From an uncultured Fibrobacteraceae bacterium (GTDB lineage Bacteria; Krumholzibacteriota; Krumholzibacteriia; LZORAL124-64-63), in contig CAZSNA010000003.1 of assembly GCA_964607825.1 (NCBI GenBank), positions 552-64,551 of the forward strand: a stretch of 64,000 nt of DNA, given 5' to 3'. The position numbers and the translations under genes are program-made. Below the pieces are notes generated by a model. The model searched no databases, had not been told where the DNA came from, and saw only the letters and a list, made by a program, of their open reading frames with translations. This document shows, piece by piece, positions 56,920 through 64,000 of the stretch (its first letter is position 1; each line of letters opens with the position of its first letter).

Positions 56920-57518
56920 GGACGTTCTTCCTCCGTCGTGGGTTTCAGGGGACGAATCAGGCCCAGAAGAGGACGGTAGTCGTGGTCGTCGGCCGAACGC
57001 AAGGCGGATATGTAGACGCCGCGATCGAGATTCCAATCCAGCATGGCGCATCCGTTGTAGTGGAGCAGCAGATTCGCAGCCAACCGCGCATGTCGCCCGT
57101 TTCCGTTCGAGAACGGATGGACCTGCGCCAAGCGGTGATGGAAACGGATCGCCCGCTCGGTCCAGGGATACGATTCGAACTCGTTCCAGCTCATCACGTC
57201 TGCGCAGAGTAGTGCGAGGCGCTCGGGGATCGATCTCCAATCGACGCCGATGTTGAGATCGTGCGTCCGGAAGACGCCCGCCCACGTCCAGACCCGGTCG
57301 AACATCATACGATGGAGCCTGCAGAGTCCCGGCGGCGTCAACAGCGATCGCCGCAGGCGCCGATCGTTGACGGCCGCGACCCGTGCGGACAGGATGTTCT
57401 CCGCCTCGACCTCGTTCAACTCGGTACGCGACGTGATGTGCGGTATCAACCCGGACAGGTCGTCACGATGGATGGGTGTCGTTCCCGGCTCCGTATCGCG
57501 CACTACTCCGATTCCCAT
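56916..57518 (-). CDS. Fic/DOC-family protein ('mobile mystery protein B' type)
   Basis: Fic motif 'HPFSNGNGRHARL', and a 16-nt overlap with the upstream helix-turn-helix gene. Confidence 0.75.
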   Translation of the reverse strand: MGIGVVRDTEPGTTPIHRDDLSGLIPHITSRTELNEVEAENILSARVAAVNDRRLRRSLLTPPGLCRLHRMMFDRVWTWAGVFRTHDLNIGVDWRSIPERLALLCADVMSWNEFESYPWTERAIRFHHRLAQVHPFSNGNGRHARLAANLLLHYNGCAMLDWNLDRGVYISALRSADDHDYRPLLGLIRPLKPTTEEERP

Positions 57519-57973
57519 AGCTTGGCGGGGGTGTCCTGCAGCAACCGGGCCGTCAGTTCCTCGCGCATGCGCGCGAGCTCCGCATCGTCCACTCCCTGGT
57601 CCTCGAGCTCCATGGTGGCCGAAACGTCGCGGATGCGCTTCTCGGCCAGCCGGGCGGCGCGGCGTCTGACCAGTTCGACATAGGAGCCGCTCTCGGGTAT
57701 CAAGACGTATTCCAGGCGACACCCCAACTGGCTCGCCACTCGGTTCATGGTTTTCAGGGTCACAGCCCCGTCCGCCTCAGCCTTCTCGATCCGCTGCAGC
57801 GACTGGGGCTTGATGTCGAGCCGTTTCGCCAGCTGGGCCTGCGTCATGCCCAGGATCTCCCGAACATGCTTCATCCAACCGATCGGGGGCCGATCGAGAG
57901 CATGCGAACCGATCAGCGGGGAAATCCTTCTATCCATTTGCATTCGCGCCAGTTGCAATGATTTACGCAGCAT
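57503..57973 (-). CDS. XRE-type helix-turn-helix protein ('mobile mystery protein A' type)
   Basis: 'ILGMTQAQLAKRLDIKPQSLQRIE' forms the helix-turn-helix. RBS GGAGG sits 9 nt upstream of the ATG. Confidence 0.7.
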   Translation of the reverse strand: MLRKSLQLARMQMDRRISPLIGSHALDRPPIGWMKHVREILGMTQAQLAKRLDIKPQSLQRIEKAEADGAVTLKTMNRVASQLGCRLEYVLIPESGSYVELVRRRAARLAEKRIRDVSATMELEDQGVDDAELARMREELTARLLQDTPAKLWESE

Positions 57974-58089
57974 GGGGCAGCCCTCCAATCAGCATTTGTG
58001 CTGTTTCACACCCCTAAAAAACAAGCATATATGCTGCCACTGTCAAGATATAATTCGCATTTATACTGTAATTTAACCGTGCAGCTGTG

Positions 58090-58125
58090 AAAAGAGGGCG
58101 GCCGACAGGCCGCCCCTCTCCTTCG
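58090..58125 (-). terminator. Intrinsic terminator of the cytochrome gene (gagggcggcc-gaca-ggccgcccctc, then TTTTCAC on the minus strand)
   Basis: An imperfect GC stem immediately 3' of the stop codon at 58135. Confidence 0.5.
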
Positions 58126-58134
58126 AATCGTCGA

Positions 58135-60774
58135 TCATTTCACCATCGTCATCTTCCGGATCAGCTCCTCGTCGTCGGTGCGCAGCACGTAGAAGTAGGC
58201 GCCCGAGGACACCCGCCGTCCGCGATCGTCCGCGCCGTCCCAGACGATCTCGTGTTCGCCGGCCGGACGCGTCGCCGAGAGCAGGTCGCGCACGAGGCGG
58301 CCGCGCTCGTCGTAGACCTTCAGGCTCACACGGCCGGCGGCGGCCAGGGCGTAGGCGATCTTCGTGGTCGGGTTGAAGGGGTTGGGCGAGTTCTGCGCCA
58401 GGCGCGTGACCCGCGGCGTGTCGTCGATGCCGGTCGCCACCACCTCGGTCGACGCGCTGGCCATGGCCACCGGCGCGGCGCGGCCCTGGTTGACCCAGGC
58501 GTCGTAGAGCTGCTGCCCGGCCGCGACGTCCGGATCGTTGTCGCGCAGGAACTCGATGAACTCCTTGCTGGTGGTCTGGTAGTACAGGGTGACCACGACG
58601 CTGGTCGCGTCGCCCGGCAGCTCGTAGACCGTCTCGTCCCAGTACTGACCGTCGGCATAGCTGTAGGCCACCGGCGGCGACTGGATCGTCGTGAAGGCGG
58701 CGTTGGTGAAGCCGCGCGGCGGGATGCGGTTGTCGAAGTAGACGGTGTCGTTGAGCGCCATGTTGAACGACGGCCCCGACGACACGCCGAGGATCCCCGC
58801 CAGACGCTCCGACCGGCCGGGCTTGATCTCGTAGATCTTCGCGTCCTCGTCGTGGGTGAGCACGCCGGTCGAGGCCTCGTAGGCGCCCGACTCGTACACC
58901 GGCTGCATGGCGTCGTCGTAGGCCTTCACGTTCAGCCAGACGCGGCGGCCCTCCGGATAGCCCGAGGGCAGCTTGTGGCCGGTCTCGTTGGTCACGGTGA
59001 CCCGGACGGCGGGCACGCCGCTGCCGACGATCTCCTCCACCTCCAGCGAGGCCGCCCGCTGCAGCATGCTGATGGCCCGGGCCTTGCCGCCGTCCAGGGC
59101 GGCCTGGTCGACCTCGAGGGGATAGTAGTCGGCCAGGATGTCGGGGATGAAGTGGTTGCCGCCGGTGAAGTCGTGCACGCCGATGTCGTCGCGGGTCGGG
59201 CCGCCGGCGGCGCCCTTGCCGGACTCGTCGGGCATGTGGCAGTCCTGGCAGGTCGACACGATGCCGTCGGGCTTGTTGCCGGCGAACTGCGGCGCGTAGA
59301 CGCCCGTCGCGGCGTACTCGCTCTCGCTCCACTCGCTGAAGGTGCGCTCCACCGGGAACATGTTGCGCCGGTCGCTGTCGGGGTGGGGCGCGTCGAGGGC
59401 CTGCACGACGTACTCGTCGGGCGTGGCGCCGGCGACGAAGACCGGGTTGCTCACGTCGTGGCAGGTGCCGCAGATCCCGGAGCTGAGGGTGAAGTCCGAG
59501 TGGGCGAACTGGTGGTCGGCCTGGGCGTCGGCGTAGGGGCCGCGCCGCAGGGGATCGGGATCGGTGACGAACTGGCCGTTGGCGTTGTCCAGCGGGATGG
59601 ACTCCAGCTCGGCCAGGATGTCCTCGTCGCCGGGCGGGTTGTCGCCGACCTGGTAGTGCACGTCCACGGCGCTGTGGCAGAAGTCGCACTGCACGCCCTG
59701 GCGGTCCTTGGCGTTGATCATGCCGCCGGTGGTGTCGGTGGAGCGGCCCTCCTGCCAGCCGCCCGGCGAATGGCAGCGCAGGCAGAGGTCGCCGCCGCCC
59801 GGGGCCGAGGCGTCGGTGATGCGCACCAGGGACAGGTAGAGCGGGTCGCGCATGGTGTTGCCCATCATGCTGCCGCGCCAGTTGTACCAGGGCTCGGTGA
59901 GGGTGCTGTGGTCGCCGTGGCAGGTGGCGCAGGTCTCGGCCGGGTCCTCGAGGACGGCGCCCTCGAGCGGCTGGGTGCCGGGCATCTCGAAGTCGCGCAG
60001 CGAGGTCGGGACGATGGCGCCGGCGACGGGATCGATGGTGAACGTCGCCGGGCTCTCGCCGTAGCCCTCGTTGCCCGCGTAGTCGTAGGCCTCGACCCGG
60101 ATCAGGGCGTTCGGGCCGGGATAGTTGTGCACGAACCAGTCCCACGCGCCGTCGTTGGGCAGGTCGACGGCGATGGGCTGCCACGACGCGCCCCCGTCCT
60201 CGCTGAACTCGATCTCGATCCTGGCGACGCCCGTGTCGTCGGTGGCGGTCCAGGAGATGGTCGTGACGGTGTTGGCCCCGAAGACCTCGCCGCCGAGCGG
60301 CGCCAGCAGGGTGACGACCGGGTCGACCTCGTCGGGTGCGCCCTCCGGCGTGAGGTAGGGGTCGAGGTCGGCCGTGTCCACGTTCAGGACCAGCCCCACG
60401 TTGTCCGCCTTCAGCCCGGGGAAGGTGGGCGTGTTGGCGTAGTTGACGACGTCCGTGATCTCGACGAGGTTGCTGAAGCCGTCATTGTCGGAGTCGTCGT
60501 TCTCGATGGCGAGGATCGCCTCCGAGTTGCTCAGCCCGTTGTTGAGCCCCACCTCGATGCCGACGCCGTAGGGGTTGCGCGGTCCGCCGCCGTCGAAGTC
60601 GAAGTGGCAGAGGCCGCAGTGGGACGTGCTGCTGGGCACGTCGTCGAGCTGGGTGAACTCGGCCACGGGATAGGTCGTGAAGAAGGTGCGGCGGATGGGA
60701 TTGCGGGCGAGGGCGGACGCGGCCAGGGCGACCACGAGCACGAACGCGACGGAGACGGCGAGGGGGCGACGCAT
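58135..60774 (-). CDS. Six-heme c-type cytochrome with a T9SS type-A C-terminal sorting domain (secreted, 879 aa)
   Basis: Six CxxCH motifs (CGLCH, CATCH, CLRCH, CDFCH, CGTCH, CQDCH), a signal peptide, and a C-terminal 'SPNPFNPTTKIAY...GAYFYVLRTDDEELIRKMTMVK'. Confidence 0.8.
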   Translation of the reverse strand: MRRPLAVSVAFVLVVALAASALARNPIRRTFFTTYPVAEFTQLDDVPSSTSHCGLCHFDFDGGGPRNPYGVGIEVGLNNGLSNSEAILAIENDDSDNDGFSNLVEITDVVNYANTPTFPGLKADNVGLVLNVDTADLDPYLTPEGAPDEVDPVVTLLAPLGGEVFGANTVTTISWTATDDTGVARIEIEFSEDGGASWQPIAVDLPNDGAWDWFVHNYPGPNALIRVEAYDYAGNEGYGESPATFTIDPVAGAIVPTSLRDFEMPGTQPLEGAVLEDPAETCATCHGDHSTLTEPWYNWRGSMMGNTMRDPLYLSLVRITDASAPGGGDLCLRCHSPGGWQEGRSTDTTGGMINAKDRQGVQCDFCHSAVDVHYQVGDNPPGDEDILAELESIPLDNANGQFVTDPDPLRRGPYADAQADHQFAHSDFTLSSGICGTCHDVSNPVFVAGATPDEYVVQALDAPHPDSDRRNMFPVERTFSEWSESEYAATGVYAPQFAGNKPDGIVSTCQDCHMPDESGKGAAGGPTRDDIGVHDFTGGNHFIPDILADYYPLEVDQAALDGGKARAISMLQRAASLEVEEIVGSGVPAVRVTVTNETGHKLPSGYPEGRRVWLNVKAYDDAMQPVYESGAYEASTGVLTHDEDAKIYEIKPGRSERLAGILGVSSGPSFNMALNDTVYFDNRIPPRGFTNAAFTTIQSPPVAYSYADGQYWDETVYELPGDATSVVVTLYYQTTSKEFIEFLRDNDPDVAAGQQLYDAWVNQGRAAPVAMASASTEVVATGIDDTPRVTRLAQNSPNPFNPTTKIAYALAAAGRVSLKVYDERGRLVRDLLSATRPAGEHEIVWDGADDRGRRVSSGAYFYVLRTDDEELIRKMTMVK

Positions 60775-60975
60775 GACGATCTCCTCCGGTGGGGACGGAT
60801 ATTGAGATGTGCTTCAACCGGATCCCATTGTCCCATAAATCGGGGAGTGTTTTCAACTTGATGACACTAAAAAATCAATTATGACATCCATTCGCAAATC
60901 GCGCCGCGTTTCGTCCGGACTGGATTATCGGGCCGTGACCGTCCATGATGGAGGCGACCAGCGAAAGGACCCCCG

Positions 60976-61398
60976 ATGATCCGCATCCTCGCCGTCGGCA
61001 AGCTCAAGGACCCCTCCCTGGCGACGCTCTGCGCCGATTTCGCCAAGCGCATCACGCGCTGGGCCAGGCTGGAGATCGTGGAGCTGAAGGATCAGGGCCC
61101 CGACCGCGAGGCCGAGGCCATGCTGGCCAAGCTGGGCGCGGGTCCCGTCCACGCCCTGGACGAGCGCGGCGAGACCATGTCCTCGCGCAGGTTCTCCAAG
61201 CTGCTCGCGTCGCACGGCTCGCCCACCTTCCTGATCGGCGGGCCCGACGGACTGGGCGACGCGGCCCGCACCCGCGCCGACCGTCTCCTCTCCCTCTCGC
61301 CGATGACCTTCACCCACGAGACCGCCCGCTACCTGCTGCTCGAGCAGATCTACCGCGGGCTGGCCATCGACCGGGGGCATCCGTATCACCGGGACTAG
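60976..61398 (+). CDS. rlmH: 23S rRNA (pseudouridine1915-N3)-methyltransferase RlmH
   Basis: 140 aa, SPOUT fold, with 'ILAVGKLK', 'LDERGETMSS' and 'FLIGGPDGL'. Confidence 0.85.
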   Translation: MIRILAVGKLKDPSLATLCADFAKRITRWARLEIVELKDQGPDREAEAMLAKLGAGPVHALDERGETMSSRRFSKLLASHGSPTFLIGGPDGLGDAARTRADRLLSLSPMTFTHETARYLLLEQIYRGLAIDRGHPYHRD

Positions 61399-61507
61399 GG
61401 AACCGGCTCCCGCCGGCGCTGTTGCACGATCTGGACTCCGTCGGGGCCGCACCCTATACTGTCCCCCGTCCGTCCGCCCCCGGAACCAACGAAGGCGAGA
61501 CCCGAAG

Positions 61508-62260
61508 ATGACCCCCACTTCCCGGTTCGCACGCCCACGCGCGTTGCTGGCGACGCTGGCGCTGATGGCGCTGGCCCTGCCCGCCATGGGCGGCACCCTG
61601 TTCCTGACCGGCACCCCCGGCGCCCGCGTCACCATCGACGGGCAAGACGTCGGCACGCTGCCCCTGGACGGCCCCCTGACCCTGGAGCTCGGCCGGCACG
61701 ACGTCGTCGCCGCGCTGCCGGGCATGGAGACCATGGCCGTCGAGGTGATCGCCGAGACCGAGACGCACGTCCTGAACCTGCACCTGCGCCTGACCCCCCT
61801 GAGCCGCCGGACGGCGGTGACCCAGAGCCTGATGCTGGCCGGCTCCGGCCAGCGCTACGAGGGCCGGCCGACCCTGGGCTGGATCCTCACCGGCATCGAG
61901 GCGGCGGGTCTGCTGACCGCGCTGTTGTCCGAGATGTCGGCCCAGAACCACGAGGACGAGTACCTGCTCGCGCGCCAGCTCTACGAGGAGTCCTTCGACG
62001 CCAACGACCTCGCCCACTACAAGGCGCAGATGCTCGACGAGCACGACAGCCTGACCAGGGCCCTAGACCTGCGCAACGCGGCCCTGCTCGCGGCGGGCGG
62101 GGCGGTGCTGGTCAGCGTGCTCGACGCCTGGCTGCGCTTCCCGTCGGCGGAGATGGGGCCCGGCCCGCGGCCGATCCCGCCCGGCGACAGCTACTCCATG
62201 GGCGCCGCGACGGCGCGATCCAACCGCGGCTTCCACCTGGGCTGGCGCCTGGGCTTCTAG
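61508..62260 (+). CDS. PEGA-domain-containing membrane protein
   Basis: Signal peptide, a PEGA-like 'LFLTGTPGARVTIDGQDVGTLPL...LELGRHDV' segment, and a central transmembrane helix. Confidence 0.55.
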   Translation: MTPTSRFARPRALLATLALMALALPAMGGTLFLTGTPGARVTIDGQDVGTLPLDGPLTLELGRHDVVAALPGMETMAVEVIAETETHVLNLHLRLTPLSRRTAVTQSLMLAGSGQRYEGRPTLGWILTGIEAAGLLTALLSEMSAQNHEDEYLLARQLYEESFDANDLAHYKAQMLDEHDSLTRALDLRNAALLAAGGAVLVSVLDAWLRFPSAEMGPGPRPIPPGDSYSMGAATARSNRGFHLGWRLGF

Positions 62261-62270
62261 GAGATCCGAG

Positions 62271-63770
62271 ATGACGCATCCGACCCGTCCCCACCGCGCG
62301 CTCGCCCTGACGGCGGCCCTGCTCCTCGCCGTCGCGCTCGGCTGCACCCAGGATCCCGGCGACGCCGGCCTGAGCAACCCCCTCGATCCCGACGGCCCCG
62401 GCGGCGGCGATCCCTTCGAGCTCACCGCGGGCTACTTCGGCGGCGTGGTGATGGTCTCCTGGAACAAGCTGGACATGGCCGGCGTCGCCCAGTACGACGT
62501 GCTGCACAGCCTGGTGCCCGAGGGCCCCTTCGCCATCGCGGGCACGGTGGACCAGCCGACCACCGCCTTCGCCCATGCGGAGTTCTCGCCCAGCGTCGTC
62601 AACTACTACAAGGTGCGCGCCACCGACGGGCTGGGCTCGGCCTCGGCCATCTCCCAGATCGCGGCCTTCGCCTACGACGCGCCGCCGCTGCTGACCATCG
62701 GCGACGGCGCCCCCACCGCCACGCGCCAGGTCGACCTGTTCGTGCGCTCGGCCGCGGGCGACCGGGCCGAGGTCGACTCGCTCGCCGACTTCTCCACCTC
62801 CGTCACGGCGGACCTGGACGAGAACGGCGAGGCGACGATCCCCTGGGACCTGGGCCCCGCCGCCGCCGATGAAGTGCAGAAGTACGTCTACGTGCGGATC
62901 CTCGCGGCCAAGGCGCTCGGCGACGTCCACGTCGACTCGGTCGAGGTGGCCTTCTCCCCCGACCTGCGCCTCGAGGGCGACCCCGACCTGGTCGGCTCGC
63001 TGACCCCGTCCCTGCAGATCGACGGCGACGGCGTGACCGGCATGCGCTTCGCCGCCGTCTACGAGGACCTCGAGACCCTGCCCTGGCTGGACTTCGCCAC
63101 GCCCTACGCGGGCTACCTGCTGGACGAGGCCTCGGCCGACAGCCAGCTCGTCTACGCCGAGTTCGCCTGCGACTTCGGCTTCACGAAGGTCGACAGCGTC
63201 TGGGCGGTGCCCGACAGCCTGAACGCCATCGCGTTCATGATCGACAACGGCGCCGAGACCACCGCCGACCTCGAGGTGCAGGTCGGCGCCGACGTGGCCG
63301 CCACCCAGATGCGCTTCGCCCTGACCCTCGAGGACCTGGCCGCCGCCGGCTGGCTCGACTACGCCCCCATCACCATGGTTACCCTGAACGGCTGCGAGGA
63401 CGGCCTGACCGAGGTCGTGTTCGCCCAGTTCCGCAACGACTGGTTCTCCCCCGCCCACGTGAACGACGACATCCTCTGGCTGCCGCCCGAGGTGCTGGAC
63501 GTGACCATCGACGTGCCCGACACGGTGTACAGCGAGGTGGTCGTGGCGGTGAGCGGCACCGCGATCGCCGGCACCTGCAGCGCCCCCCTCGATTCGGTGG
63601 AGTTCATGGAAGTCGGCCTCGACTGGGTCCCGGTGACGGGATTGGAGAGTTGGAGCGTGGACTGGCTGACGCCGCCTGTGGACGGCATCGCGACCCTCAC
63701 CCTCAAGGCGCGGGTGACCGCAGGGGCGGAGACGGATTCGGTGGAGGTCGAGGTGGTGGTGGTGCCTTAG
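62271..63770 (+). CDS. Hypothetical lipoprotein (499 aa)
   Basis: Lipobox 'LAVALGC' and a beta-rich, acidic body. Confidence 0.6.
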   Translation: MTHPTRPHRALALTAALLLAVALGCTQDPGDAGLSNPLDPDGPGGGDPFELTAGYFGGVVMVSWNKLDMAGVAQYDVLHSLVPEGPFAIAGTVDQPTTAFAHAEFSPSVVNYYKVRATDGLGSASAISQIAAFAYDAPPLLTIGDGAPTATRQVDLFVRSAAGDRAEVDSLADFSTSVTADLDENGEATIPWDLGPAAADEVQKYVYVRILAAKALGDVHVDSVEVAFSPDLRLEGDPDLVGSLTPSLQIDGDGVTGMRFAAVYEDLETLPWLDFATPYAGYLLDEASADSQLVYAEFACDFGFTKVDSVWAVPDSLNAIAFMIDNGAETTADLEVQVGADVAATQMRFALTLEDLAAAGWLDYAPITMVTLNGCEDGLTEVVFAQFRNDWFSPAHVNDDILWLPPEVLDVTIDVPDTVYSEVVVAVSGTAIAGTCSAPLDSVEFMEVGLDWVPVTGLESWSVDWLTPPVDGIATLTLKARVTAGAETDSVEVEVVVVP

Positions 63771-63828
63771 GGCGTCTTTTCCGTATACTCAGGCATCATA
63801 TGGACCCTCGCCCATATCGGAGGGGACG

Positions 63829-64000
63829 ATGCCCGCGGTCATCCGCGTTGTCTTCATGCTCTGCTGCTGCGTGCTGCTGCTCGTCGCCTGCGACGACGAT
63901 CCCGGCGCTCCCCCCGCAGACGAACCCCCCGCGCCCCTGATCGAGGGCGACTGGACCCTGCGCATCGACCACGACGGCGGCTTCGAGCCGCTGCACCTGC
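63829..64000 (+). CDS. Partial lipoprotein gene whose 5' end runs out of the window
   Basis: RBS GGAGGGGAC-ATG. The signal peptide 'VVFMLCCCVLLLVAC' plus lipobox are in a frame that stays open to the window edge. Confidence 0.5.
   Translation, partial: MPAVIRVVFMLCCCVLLLVACDDDPGAPPADEPPAPLIEGDWTLRIDHDGGFEPLHL

Noticed and set aside
56916-58134. Calling the helix-turn-helix/Fic region a genomic island or integrative element
   Set aside because: There is no integrase, transposase, tRNA or flanking direct repeats in the window. Only the module and a local GC dip are visible.
1-64000. CRISPR arrays, rRNA or tRNA genes
   Set aside because: No regularly spaced direct repeats were found. No intergenic region showed cloverleaf-like features by eye; a tRNAscan or Infernal run would be needed to be sure.

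Overview
This is a 64-kb window of high-GC (roughly 68-70%) bacterial chromosome. Genes are tightly packed, often with overlapping stop/start codons. Most long ORFs antisense to real genes are Arg/Gly/Pro-rich artefacts of the GC content.

From start to end I recognise:
- a partial RecB-type nuclease tail, a zinc alcohol dehydrogenase, an endonuclease/exonuclease/phosphatase (EEP) lipoprotein and an orphan NarL-type response regulator;
- a Wzx-like flippase next to an Omp85/BamA-family outer-membrane protein;
- Hsp20 and a fumarylacetoacetate-hydrolase (FAH) family gene;
- an unknown two-gene pair behind a structured 300-bp leader;
- a second Omp85-family protein;
- a selenocysteine-containing selD, whose in-frame UGA the ORF track split, with a SECIS-like hairpin;
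- an HDOD protein, rmuC, an ArsR-family regulator and ispH;
- a promoter-led DUF2892 / TolC / periplasmic adaptor / RND efflux operon;
- a giant S8 protease with a T9SS type-A C-terminal domain;
- an Arn-like glycolipid or protein glycosylation cluster (GT39/ArnT-like, WecE-type aminotransferase, ArnE/F-like small transporters, a PglD/NeuD-like acyltransferase and an ArnC-like GT2), with a CitE-like lyase and a MaoC hydratase embedded in it;
- an 11-gene complex I operon, nuoABCDHIJKLMN, with no nuoEFG, and a His/Asp-rich insertion in NuoL;
- an accessory-looking region at 47.4-53.7 kb;
- an amidohydrolase, a C69 dipeptidase and a 'mobile mystery protein A/B' pair (helix-turn-helix protein plus Fic);
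- a six-heme c-type cytochrome fused to a T9SS C-terminal domain;
- rlmH and several lipoproteins.

The accessory region holds several small Sec-secreted proteins that share a previously unrecognised C-terminal decapeptide, roughly WG-x-[IVL]-K-x-x-[YW]-[RK] at the C-terminus. They sit beside a T9SS cargo protein, an AsnB-like amidotransferase that has lost its Cys1 nucleophile, and a cluster of perfect palindromes.

The T9SS C-terminal domains and the Nuo11 gene order suggest an FCB-group candidate phylum, such as a Gemmatimonadota- or Eisenbacteria-like organism; this is an inference.

I found no rRNA, tRNA, CRISPR array or integrase by eye.
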